This document shows, one piece after another, positions 19,663 to 29,392 of a stretch of 64,000 nt of DNA. The position numbers were made by a program, and so were the translations under genes. Positions within the stretch are counted from its first letter, which is position 1. The number at the start of each line of letters is the position of its first letter. The stretch lies in contig JANQMA010000013.1 in NCBI GenBank assembly GCA_028280285.1, positions 5,355 through 69,354 on the forward strand, in the 5' to 3' direction. This DNA is from Candidatus Omnitrophota bacterium (GTDB lineage Bacteria > Omnitrophota > Gorgyraeia > Zapsychrales > Zapsychraceae). Under the pieces are notes generated by a model, which searched no databases, was not told where the DNA came from, and saw only the letters and a list, made by a program, of their open reading frames with translations.

Positions 19663-19778
19663 GTGAATTAATTAGGTTAATACGTATTTAACACCACTTT
19701 TATGCCGTTTGCAAATGTTTGAAAAGATTTTTTGAGGGGTAATTGGAAAAACGATTTATGGGTGAGATAAAACAAATA

Positions 19779-19826
19779 GGCCTTCACACTATTACATTCC
19801 GCCAGGTATGAGAACGCGTGAAGGCC
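19779..19826 (-). terminator. Stem-loop, probable terminator
   Basis: GGCCTTCAC...GTGAAGGCC inverted repeat, followed on the minus strand by TATTTGTTTT. Confidence 0.5.
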
Positions 19827-19901
19827 CGACCTCTGTCCTCTTCTTCGCTCTCTATCTTAGCGGTAATTTTTACTTACACAATGCCCAGAATACACCCAAA
19901 A

Positions 19902-20669
19902 CTATCTTTTTTCTACTTTTTGCGCCACTATCATCCAATCCCATGGATACGGATTTCCAAGCCATTTCGGAGGATTATCGGCCTCCTCTTCCCAGCTGTA
20001 CTCAATTTTTTTAATATCTATAACTTTATAGCCATTTTCTGACAAAAATACCGCCAATTCCTCACGCGTAAAACACTTCGTTGGTGTTCCGCCAATATTG
20101 ACTATAGCGTCAACAGCTGAAAAAACATCCTTTTGAAATAAACGATCCATTACCTTAACGCCCTTTGTACGACTGGCGCCATAGCGCATATCAACCCTTA
20201 TCATCGCCTGATAAACATAAATAATAGACTCATACGCAGGAACAATAAAAATGCTTTTGCCTGACGGTTTAGTCGCGCGCCTGACTGAACGCAACATAGC
20301 CAGACGCTTTTTATAAGCAGGGTTGATTAAAGCATTAACACAGAAACTGATATCGGCCTTAAACGGAAATCCTTTTTTAGTATGAAAATCATGACAAAGA
20401 TATTCTATATTGGAAAATGGATTGGTCGTCTGAGCTAATTTAAGAAGATCTTCAGCAAAATCGACGGCATAAACTTTTTTAAACCTTGGGGCAAGATGTT
20501 TCAGCAGGCTACCCGGTCCGCACCCTAAATCGGCAACCTTTAAGCGTGGATTAGCCAGAGCATTTAATTCTTTTTTAAAAACTTCTTTAAGATCTCGCTC
20601 GACTATTTGTAAAACATTGTCTGTGTATTTGCGGGAAAAAGAATTCCAATAATTATTATCCATGCGCAA
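19902..20669 (-). CDS. Class I SAM-dependent methyltransferase
   Basis: VADLGCGPG and VYAVDF motifs. Confidence 0.9.
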   Translation of the reverse strand: MRMDNNYWNSFSRKYTDNVLQIVERDLKEVFKKELNALANPRLKVADLGCGPGSLLKHLAPRFKKVYAVDFAEDLLKLAQTTNPFSNIEYLCHDFHTKKGFPFKADISFCVNALINPAYKKRLAMLRSVRRATKPSGKSIFIVPAYESIIYVYQAMIRVDMRYGASRTKGVKVMDRLFQKDVFSAVDAIVNIGGTPTKCFTREELAVFLSENGYKVIDIKKIEYSWEEEADNPPKWLGNPYPWDWMIVAQKVEKR

Positions 20670-20674
20670 TCATA

Positions 20675-21127
20675 TTAGTCATCGATGCTGATATCATTGG
20701 GAAAGGCCTTACCTTTACCTGTCTCACAATATTCCTTGAGGCTGAGCATAAAAACAGCCCACTTTGTATTGCAGTGCGCAAAAAAATCAGATTCTTCCGC
20801 CCATCCTGATTGTGCAAACAAAACTTCAGTTTTACCGTCGGCTTCTTCCAAATCAAAGGTCGTAATAGTACCTTTCCATTCCTCTGGGCCTTCCACACAT
20901 TTCCATTTGATAAACTCAGGCGTTACCTCCAAAACTTCCATACCCGGACCACTTTCAGGAAACTTAAAGGTTAATGTTTCCCCCTCCAAGCTTTCCCCCA
21001 CAACGTTTTCTGTCCACCACCCTTTAAGACCGTCGGTAGTCGCAACGGCATCAAAAACTTTCTCCATTGGTGTATTGATTTTTATTTTATGTACTATGTC
21101 TGACATCTTTTGCCCTTTCTTTTTCAA
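20675..21127 (-). CDS. SRPBCC/AHSA1-like domain protein
   Basis: EKVFDAV..DGLKGWW, WKGTITTFDL and W...LSLKEYCETG patterns. Confidence 0.88.
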   Translation of the reverse strand: MKKKGQKMSDIVHKIKINTPMEKVFDAVATTDGLKGWWTENVVGESLEGETLTFKFPESGPGMEVLEVTPEFIKWKCVEGPEEWKGTITTFDLEEADGKTEVLFAQSGWAEESDFFAHCNTKWAVFMLSLKEYCETGKGKAFPNDISIDD

Positions 21128-21140
21128 ATATGTTAAAGCT

Positions 21141-22817
21141 CTAAACTTTTGTTTGTTTTGGAAGTTTGATTGTAAATGTTGTACCTTCTCCTTCCACTGA
21201 TTCTACACTCAATTCACCTCCATGTTTTTGAATGATTTCATAACTGATACTTAATCCCAATCCTGTTCCCTCCCCAACAGGTTTTGTGGTAAAAAAAGGA
21301 TCGAAAATCTTATCTAATTTATCTTTGGGAATACCGATGCCGTTATCACTTAAACGAATACTCACATCATGCTCATCCTCTAAAGTTTCGATAATAATAT
21401 TTCCTTTTTCTTTCATGGCTTGATAGGCATTGATCAACAAATTTAAAATAACCTGTCCTAACTTTTGGACATTGCATTTAACGGGACTTGTGGTGTTATA
21501 TTTTTTAATAAGTTCGGCCTTGCCTGTCACCTCACTGGTCACAAGACTAAGCACTCCTTCAATAACCTCTTTAACCACTACATATTCCATTTCTCCTTTA
21601 TCTTCCCGGGCAAATCCGCGTAAATCGAGCACAATCTTTTTAACACGCTCAAGCCCAACCTTGGTCTCATCAATCAATACATTCATATCTTTTGTGATTG
21701 TATCAAAATTCGTCTCCTTTATATATGTTTTAATTTCTTTTAACCGGGTCTTGGCTTCAGAAATTTGATCAGCCTCAATCAGTTGTATTAATTCCATTGT
21801 CTTTTGTTGGACTTCATTAAAAATTTGACAATACTCCTCTAAAATCTGAATATTGTTAAAAACAAATCCGACTGGATTATTGATCTCATGCGCAACCCCG
21901 GCGGCCAATTGTCCGATGGATGCCATTTTCTCCGATTGAATCAATTTTGATTGCGCTATCTGTAACTGCCGGTTTTTTTTAAGCAAATCGTGATGGGCCT
22001 GTTCAATCTGAATGATCTTCGATCTTAATGTATAAACCATTTTACTAATAGACTCTGCCAACGTTCCCATTTCATCAGGCCTATCACGAAGCGATTTATC
22101 CACTTCTATTTTAAGATCTCCGTCGGCTATTTTATGCGCCAAAACCGATAGCATAACAACCGGTTGAGTAATCTTCCCGGACATAATCACAGCAAAAATA
22201 ATGCAGCCGAAAATAATACAAAAAATAAGCGGTACTCCAATAAACAAAGCCAACCTATTATTGCTATCGATTGTCTTTTGAAGCATTGTGGCATGATTAA
22301 GCTCAGAGACAATTAAAGCCTCAACACTTTCTTCTACAGAGCGCTTAATCTGATTGGCCTCTTCATAGTATTGAGAAAGTGCAATCGAACTGCCTTGTTG
22401 CACATCCTCAATTCCTTTATCACACTTAGCAATCAGATCATCGACAGTTTTTTTCGTTTTCTGATAGGCCATTTTACTTTTATAATCAACAATCGTCCCT
22501 TCCAGTTTTCTAAGAAGCTCCTTAAGCTCCTTTGTCTTTTGCCGGTATTCATTGCGGAAATTCACATTATGAATATTTTTAGCCGAAAAATAATAGGCCA
22601 AAATAGTATCCGAAACACTATTTAAAATCCTATGCTGCATATCTAAATTGCGGGTAATTTGTCGATAAGTCTGAAATATTTTGAAATGATATAACGCGGT
22701 AACGGCAATACCCGCCGTCATGGCCATGACAATAATCAAAAAGGCGATCACTAAGGTCTTGCGGATATGCGCTGATCTTAAATAACTTTTGGGTTTTTTG
22801 ACTTGGTTTTCAAGCAC
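21141..22817 (-). CDS. Membrane sensor histidine kinase (periplasmic four-helix sensor, HAMP, HisKA, HATPase_c)
   Basis: Two TM segments; HAMP PVVML...DEMGTLA; AHEINNP, NAYQA, DNGIG and GTGLGL boxes. Confidence 0.93.
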   Translation of the reverse strand: MLENQVKKPKSYLRSAHIRKTLVIAFLIIVMAMTAGIAVTALYHFKIFQTYRQITRNLDMQHRILNSVSDTILAYYFSAKNIHNVNFRNEYRQKTKELKELLRKLEGTIVDYKSKMAYQKTKKTVDDLIAKCDKGIEDVQQGSSIALSQYYEEANQIKRSVEESVEALIVSELNHATMLQKTIDSNNRLALFIGVPLIFCIIFGCIIFAVIMSGKITQPVVMLSVLAHKIADGDLKIEVDKSLRDRPDEMGTLAESISKMVYTLRSKIIQIEQAHHDLLKKNRQLQIAQSKLIQSEKMASIGQLAAGVAHEINNPVGFVFNNIQILEEYCQIFNEVQQKTMELIQLIEADQISEAKTRLKEIKTYIKETNFDTITKDMNVLIDETKVGLERVKKIVLDLRGFAREDKGEMEYVVVKEVIEGVLSLVTSEVTGKAELIKKYNTTSPVKCNVQKLGQVILNLLINAYQAMKEKGNIIIETLEDEHDVSIRLSDNGIGIPKDKLDKIFDPFFTTKPVGEGTGLGLSISYEIIQKHGGELSVESVEGEGTTFTIKLPKQTKV

Positions 22818-22933
22818 TGATAATGGCGTAAATTATCTATATTTAGTAATTATTAGGTAAAATTATTATAATACCCATTAATAGCAGTACAATGAAATAT
22901 ATATATAAATTAAGATAAGATTAGAGCCGTGGA

Positions 22934-25900
22934 TTATAGCATAAGAGCTTGTTCAAGTGACTCTTCATGTCTGACATGCATACGATTCTTTTGGCCGTCA
23001 TTGAGGCCCAAGAGTTGCGGCAGGTTATTGATAGGCGTGATTTGAAGGACTTGTGGAATCAAGCCGGGGATTTCAATACTTTGCAGCTGGGCCGGATCAA
23101 TAGCAAAATCCAAATCAACACCAACCCCTTGGCTCTCTAATTCAAGGAAATCAGGGTTAAAGTCAATACCACCTTGTTTAAGATCTGAAATAGTAGCCTC
23201 ATCATTATGGGCCTTCGTCGGTGAACGGACAGCTATTTCAGGATATGGACTATCTTGTAGGTCCTTTTCAGTAACTTGTGGTAATCTTATTTCTATTTCG
23301 GTTCCAGTATTTTTATCTGATTGAATACTTAATTTTCCGCCATTTTTACTCACATCAAGATCAAGCGCTGCTAATCCCATGCCCGTTGCCTGCCCAAAAG
23401 AAACACGATACCAATTGCCATCCTCATCTTGAAAATCAGTTTCTTTATTATAAGAATAATGCAACACATTCTCAATGTCATCTGTGTCCATTCCGATTCC
23501 ATTATCTTTAATCTTAACAACTACTTCACTTGTTTTTTCATCAAAGGAGGCAGATAAACGCACCTTTCCTCTAACATGACTCCCTCCGTGTTTTTTGACA
23601 CGATCAGGATAAACGGCATTGAAACTGACATATTCTCCAGTTTCTTCAAAACCATCATTAATTTTTTTTAGCTTTTGTGCAGCAACAGCAAATTTACCAT
23701 TTCTTGTCGCCTGGATCAACGACGCTCTAAATCGTTTAGGGTGTGTTAAAATTGTTAACTTTTCCTCATCTTGAATATTAACTTCAATTTCCTCTACAGC
23801 ATCTGAACCGAGAAGTGACTCCATAGAATCAAAATCTCTGTTTGTGTGTACTATCTTATTTTTTGTGGATCTTAAAATATCTGCCAAGTTCACATGAGAA
23901 AGAATGAGACCATGACGTGTCCTTTCATCAATTGTCAGGGCTCTCATACGATCATATCGCTCCCCGATAAATCCACTCAGCCAATCAATTTTAGCCAAAA
24001 TATCTGAAACCTTTTTAAGGGTTCTCGGGTCGTCACTTAAATCAAACGAATCGCGCACACTATCCGTACTAGCCGCCTCAAAAGATTTTTTAAATGAAGG
24101 AAACCCTTCACTATTCGTAACATCTTCAGGTAACCCTTCTATCATTTTAGGCGTGATAACAGCTTTGATAAACCGCCTTAGTGCTTTCGCAGCAACCTCC
24201 TCATCACCTTTTCCAAAATGTTTTTTTCCATTTCGCAGATGCCTGTTAAATCGCCCACGATTAATATTATTGATAACCCAGTCTAAATTAGCCATTTTAC
24301 TTAGAGCAAAATCCGTTCCGACAATATCATCAAACTCCCCCCACAAAATACGCATTTGTCTGAAAATTTCCAGCATATCCTGCTGTAAGTAGATCGCGAG
24401 TGTCGCTTTTTCTAAAATACCCCCTTTGTGTGTAATTTCATAATCGTGCAAATAATCTGCATATGTTGCCGGATAGTATCTGCGCTTGATTAATTCCTCA
24501 TAAGCTGGCAAAGGCTGTTTGGACATATATTGAATCATAGCCCCGCCTGCAGTCTGCACCATTTGAAAAAATCGATCTAAACCATTCTTGCGCGCACTAC
24601 CGACTGTGCCGCCGCCAATAATAGCGATTTTTTTGCCTTTTTGACTATCCATAAACAAAAGAACCTTATCAATAAGAAGCGTATCGAACCTTCCCGTTGC
24701 AATTTCTTCATTAATCCGGTCTCTTGGGAAAGGTGGCACGACCTCTCCATTTTTCGCTATGAACTCTTCAAATAACACACGATTAAAAAAATCGATTCCC
24801 GCTTGAGGCACATTTACATACATAGCCGGCAAAAAGCTGTCTCCCTTCAGACCTATATACTCCTTTTTTTGATCTCGCTTATTAACCCCCGAAGGCCCAT
24901 TAAGAAGTCCGAAATTCAGATCCTTAATATTTTCTATATGCTCCCAAATAGCCTCAGGAGAAACCATATGGAATTTCCAATTATTTTCGACTTGTTCGCT
25001 AGGTCTGGCAATTCTAAAACTTGTTTCTACTAAATCATTCGGCGCAATCTTCTTGTCTTTAAATACCAGTGATTTCGGAAAATTTAACTTACTCCTGACA
25101 TCAGGATTTTTAATAAAAGCATCAATCGCGTGTTGTAAAAATTTGTCGCGATCACCTTCGTTTTTTACCCTAAAATCGATATTGCGCACAAATGGCGCTG
25201 AGCCTTCAACAGCATCCAATGCTTTATATAAAATAATCGCCGGCTGCCCGCCTAGAGGAAGATATTTCATGGTTGGTAAAGAACGCAAGTTTTGATACAT
25301 TAGAAACAATTTTTCTTTAATGCTCTTGTCACTTTTGCCATTTAACCAAGCGAACTCCAAAACATTCATATGCTCCTCAGCTTCCTTCATTTCCTTGGCC
25401 ATGACATAACCCATAACAGCGGGGGTGTCCTCATCTAAGCCCATTGAAGCATCGCGCCGATGGGCCGTTCCCATAGCATCTATAACATGTAAAACAGAAT
25501 GTTGAAGCAGTTTACGACGAAACTCCATATGCTTATCATAGGCATCCTCTAATTTATCAAGCCCCTTATAATAAACGGTAAAAAAATGAACAAGGGCACG
25601 ATATTGCTGAGTAAGATCGTTTGAGTCAAAATATTCAATATATTTCTCAAATGTTGAAGGCGCCAAATGCCTGACATGTCGAGGGATGTTTTCATTCCAC
25701 CTGTAGATATCGTTAAAAGCTCCTAAAACAAAACTTTGCGTCGATCTGATTTGATGCTCAAAATTAGAATTACTTTGCAGAATATTTTCATATATGTTAG
25801 TGAAAATTTTTATTCTATCCAGATTAAGCATATCTGATGGTAATGCTGCCCGGGCTTCTAATATATTTTTTTCAAACTCCTCTAGAGATTTTTCTAAGAT

Positions 25901-28900
25901 TTGCTCTTCCTCAATAAAACGTATATCTTCTCCCATAACAAGCTCGCCATTTTGCATTTCATTATGCATGAAATCTGCTATTTGATATGGTGCATGAACG
26001 CCTTCGAAAAAATGAACCTTTACTTCTTTACCCATCAACTCACTTAGCACCTTTTGCGCAAAAGGAGCAATAGGCCTATTTGTGTATTTTTCAAAATATT
26101 TCTTTTTAATCTCATCATATACGCGTCGCTTCTCCTCGAATCCTTCAGATTCGAACTCTTTAATCAATCTTTCATTTCTTTCTATTTCACCCAATACGTA
26201 TTCATAATGAGCACTCTCAATTCCCTTTTCCTTCATTTCTTTTGATATCTTTGTACGGTGGTTTTCAGCTTTTTGAGGATTTATATTTTCATTTTCCAAC
26301 GCCGTCTTTCTTTTATTTAATACCTTCCGCCTCTTTTGCAACATCGGCAAATAATCACGCATCTCTTTATTAATTTCATCTAAAGGCCTCCCATTATGAG
26401 AAATAACAAAAGCTTTGGCTCCGGCTTCCAGTGCCTGTTTAATTGTGGGTAAGGCAGCCATAAAACGCGCATCAGCATCAATTTTCCCGTTTTTCGCAAC
26501 ACCATTCAAATCGAGACGAATAGTAATAATCTTTCCTTCGATCACAATATTAGGAACATTTTTAAGCTCTAACGCCCTTAAGAGCTCATACAATGTCTTT
26601 TGCTCAAAAATATCTGAAATAGGCGTGGCACGCACATCTTCGCCAATATAGGCATCGATATAGATCTTTTCAATTTGCGCCTGAAGTTTTTTTACTTTAA
26701 GCAACCTTTTACTTGATTTTTCTAAGGACGACCAAGCACCATCTATTGCATCATTGTATCTTTTTCGAGCCTTTTTAAGTTGCCTCAGCAGCCCTCTTAC
26801 CTTACTTGTACCATTTAAAGCGACAAGCTGCTCTTCGCTTAAGGCTTCATTCAATTTATTGCGTTGCTGCAACTGTTCTTGCGTTAATTCATAAATATCA
26901 GATTCATAAACATTAGCCCGTTTTAATCGGTCTCTTAAAATGTCAATCGCCAAATTTCTCTCCGTCTCTTGAACATGCTCATCCGCCGTTAATTCTACAT
27001 ACTTTTTATTTTTCGCCTTGTCTGTATATTTTTGAAAGTAGACGCCATCCGCTGGACTAACAACCCGATACCCTTTTCTTTTAATCGTATCGGTAGCACC
27101 ATTAAAAATTCGGTAATCAATATGAAAAGGATAGCGCCCATGCTTGTGGCCGACGTGCTTGCCCGCCACCCCTTCTTCAGCCAAAATAGCATCAATTTCA
27201 TATGGCACGATCCAGGGCATATCGTTTGGATTAAAGGCACTTTTCCCATGCAAAGGTTTTCCCAATAATTTATTGCGCATATGCCATAAAGCTAAATTGT
27301 GACGCTCTTTAAGAGAAAATTGTTTTTTATAAAATTTAACTTCTATATCTTCAAGAGAATACCCCTCTTCGTCTTCCCTTAATTGAACAAGAGGTAAGGC
27401 CATTTTGTACCACTCATTAAATTTACTCACAAAACTATCAGGAATTTCATTCAGTGAATTATATTTTCCAAGCTCTTCGGCCAACTCTCTTTGAATTCTT
27501 AAAACATTCTCAATGGCTATCCGGTCATCCGGCTCATTAACATGTTTAGCCAAATCGCCATACACACTCTCCGTTGAAAACTCATGCGTATCTAAGATAA
27601 ACCGGGCAATTTCCAAAAGATTGATTTTGTTTCTATATTCTTCTTCATTCTCCGTTTTTTCAGGTTGTTTAAATTCCTTATTAAAGACAGCCGACATAAA
27701 ATCAAGTTCCTTGTTGCCGTGATTATAGTGTACTTTGAGCAAATCACGTGTTTCTTCATCATTAGCCATGACATGCAACTTTTGTAATGTGCGAAAGCTT
27801 CGAAAAATGGTTTCCGCCCTTTTTTCTTCAAACCTTGCTCTTTCTACCGGATCCTCAGTTATTTTATCTAAAGGGTAGTTATCCGGAATGGTAATATTAT
27901 CCCCATCCATAATAACTTCTGTTGGCAGACTCCCTTCTTGCTTTGCCATTTTTTGATCTTCTTCCAATATGTTACGCCGCACATGATTTAATACACCACG
28001 GGTAGGACGATACAAACTATGCCCATCTGAAAAAATAAACACCTCGCGAGCTTCGCCAGGACTAACTTGACTTATAACGCGATTAAAATCCTCTTCCATT
28101 TGTGGATGTTTAAAGCGAGGTTTATGCAATGATTGCCCGTTGGCATTACGCAATGTGACATATTTACGCGCCATTTTTTCACGATGGGCTGGAAGCGGCG
28201 GCATAACAACAGCATCATCACTCCGTTCATCTTTTTTCATCTGATAGCGCCCGGAAACCCGCATAAACTGATTGCTCAGTATATTGCGCGACAATTGGAC
28301 CGGCTCAAGGACGGCCGAATCATACGTACTGTGAGAAAGGCCGATGCCACCGGAGAAATATTTACGTGGCATGATTTGTTGGGAAGCAGGGTCGTACTCT
28401 TCTTTGATATAATCGTAAACGCCTTTGCGATAGGCTTGCAGATACTTTTGGTAAACCTCTTCTTTGGAATTTGGCGCGCCGCTTTCTAAGCCTTGGACCT
28501 TATTTTGGTCAGCGTATTTAGCGGTTAAAATTGAACTTTTAAGCTTGTCTTTATACCAAACCGCTAAGATAAACGAATGATAGATTTGACGTAATGCAGC
28601 GAAATGTTTGCCGCGATTAACCTCCTCTTCGATGATAGGCAAAATAACATCTTTCATCACATCTGTTGAAATCTGTGCAATTTTGGATGCGTCTAACTTG
28701 GAAGGATCATGACGCGTAGAATAATCTTCATGGGCATGAAAATAGGCAAAATAATCTTCTTCGGTCATTACCTTTAAATGGCTATAGGTAATAAAAGCCT
28801 TATTCCTATCTTCATAAATCTTGGCTGTCTCCGGTACGATCCAAATTTTGTTGTACGTATTTAATGGAATATCTGCCAAGCCGTGTTGTTGTTCAGCTCT

Positions 28901-29392
28901 TTGCCGGACTTTGTTCCAAAATTTTTGCCCTAATTCGCTTTCGGGGTAAGTTAAAGACGCACTTAATTGCTTTAAGAGATAATCTTGAAGCAACATATTA
29001 CGTCCAAACTCGGTTACTTCAAGCGTCTCGGTTATAATCCTGTCGTCCTCATATGGCGACAGGTTAACCCAGAGCTCTTCTTCGGGGACAGTTAAAGCGG
29101 CTAGAAAATATTTAATTAACTGTTCGGATTCTTTTGAAACATCAAGCTGCTTAAGATTTTCATCCCCAAGATTAAGAATAAAATCAAAAGCAAAGGGTTC
29201 GTTTGGATTTATAATAATTCCATTTAAGACAGGCGGATTATACGGTTGGCTGACTGAAACAAAAACCCCGGGGGCAGGAACAAATACCTCTTGAGCCGCA
29301 GCATAAGAAGCGAATATGGTTTCAAATAAAAATACCCCGGCTATAAATAAAGATAAAACTTGTTTAGAAATCCGTAAGCCCGGCATACCCAT
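22934..29392 (-). CDS. Giant capped protein A: conserved N-cap, PGK-like domain, HATPase_c domain, conserved C-cap
   Basis: N-cap WVNLSP/QDYLLKQ/NKIWIVP/RKYFSGG; PGK motifs RLDLN, SHNGRP, DAMGTAHR, NGPSGV, TAGGA; KDNGIG/TGMGL; C-cap GGIDFNP...LPQLLGLN. Start probably at 29392 or 29386 rather than 29443. Confidence 0.85.
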   Translation of the reverse strand: MGMPGLRISKQVLSLFIAGVFLFETIFASYAAAQEVFVPAPGVFVSVSQPYNPPVLNGIIINPNEPFAFDFILNLGDENLKQLDVSKESEQLIKYFLAALTVPEEELWVNLSPYEDDRIITETLEVTEFGRNMLLQDYLLKQLSASLTYPESELGQKFWNKVRQRAEQQHGLADIPLNTYNKIWIVPETAKIYEDRNKAFITYSHLKVMTEEDYFAYFHAHEDYSTRHDPSKLDASKIAQISTDVMKDVILPIIEEEVNRGKHFAALRQIYHSFILAVWYKDKLKSSILTAKYADQNKVQGLESGAPNSKEEVYQKYLQAYRKGVYDYIKEEYDPASQQIMPRKYFSGGIGLSHSTYDSAVLEPVQLSRNILSNQFMRVSGRYQMKKDERSDDAVVMPPLPAHREKMARKYVTLRNANGQSLHKPRFKHPQMEEDFNRVISQVSPGEAREVFIFSDGHSLYRPTRGVLNHVRRNILEEDQKMAKQEGSLPTEVIMDGDNITIPDNYPLDKITEDPVERARFEEKRAETIFRSFRTLQKLHVMANDEETRDLLKVHYNHGNKELDFMSAVFNKEFKQPEKTENEEEYRNKINLLEIARFILDTHEFSTESVYGDLAKHVNEPDDRIAIENVLRIQRELAEELGKYNSLNEIPDSFVSKFNEWYKMALPLVQLREDEEGYSLEDIEVKFYKKQFSLKERHNLALWHMRNKLLGKPLHGKSAFNPNDMPWIVPYEIDAILAEEGVAGKHVGHKHGRYPFHIDYRIFNGATDTIKRKGYRVVSPADGVYFQKYTDKAKNKKYVELTADEHVQETERNLAIDILRDRLKRANVYESDIYELTQEQLQQRNKLNEALSEEQLVALNGTSKVRGLLRQLKKARKRYNDAIDGAWSSLEKSSKRLLKVKKLQAQIEKIYIDAYIGEDVRATPISDIFEQKTLYELLRALELKNVPNIVIEGKIITIRLDLNGVAKNGKIDADARFMAALPTIKQALEAGAKAFVISHNGRPLDEINKEMRDYLPMLQKRRKVLNKRKTALENENINPQKAENHRTKISKEMKEKGIESAHYEYVLGEIERNERLIKEFESEGFEEKRRVYDEIKKKYFEKYTNRPIAPFAQKVLSELMGKEVKVHFFEGVHAPYQIADFMHNEMQNGELVMGEDIRFIEEEQILEKSLEEFEKNILEARAALPSDMLNLDRIKIFTNIYENILQSNSNFEHQIRSTQSFVLGAFNDIYRWNENIPRHVRHLAPSTFEKYIEYFDSNDLTQQYRALVHFFTVYYKGLDKLEDAYDKHMEFRRKLLQHSVLHVIDAMGTAHRRDASMGLDEDTPAVMGYVMAKEMKEAEEHMNVLEFAWLNGKSDKSIKEKLFLMYQNLRSLPTMKYLPLGGQPAIILYKALDAVEGSAPFVRNIDFRVKNEGDRDKFLQHAIDAFIKNPDVRSKLNFPKSLVFKDKKIAPNDLVETSFRIARPSEQVENNWKFHMVSPEAIWEHIENIKDLNFGLLNGPSGVNKRDQKKEYIGLKGDSFLPAMYVNVPQAGIDFFNRVLFEEFIAKNGEVVPPFPRDRINEEIATGRFDTLLIDKVLLFMDSQKGKKIAIIGGGTVGSARKNGLDRFFQMVQTAGGAMIQYMSKQPLPAYEELIKRRYYPATYADYLHDYEITHKGGILEKATLAIYLQQDMLEIFRQMRILWGEFDDIVGTDFALSKMANLDWVINNINRGRFNRHLRNGKKHFGKGDEEVAAKALRRFIKAVITPKMIEGLPEDVTNSEGFPSFKKSFEAASTDSVRDSFDLSDDPRTLKKVSDILAKIDWLSGFIGERYDRMRALTIDERTRHGLILSHVNLADILRSTKNKIVHTNRDFDSMESLLGSDAVEEIEVNIQDEEKLTILTHPKRFRASLIQATRNGKFAVAAQKLKKINDGFEETGEYVSFNAVYPDRVKKHGGSHVRGKVRLSASFDEKTSEVVVKIKDNGIGMDTDDIENVLHYSYNKETDFQDEDGNWYRVSFGQATGMGLAALDLDVSKNGGKLSIQSDKNTGTEIEIRLPQVTEKDLQDSPYPEIAVRSPTKAHNDEATISDLKQGGIDFNPDFLELESQGVGVDLDFAIDPAQLQSIEIPGLIPQVLQITPINNLPQLLGLNDGQKNRMHVRHEESLEQALML

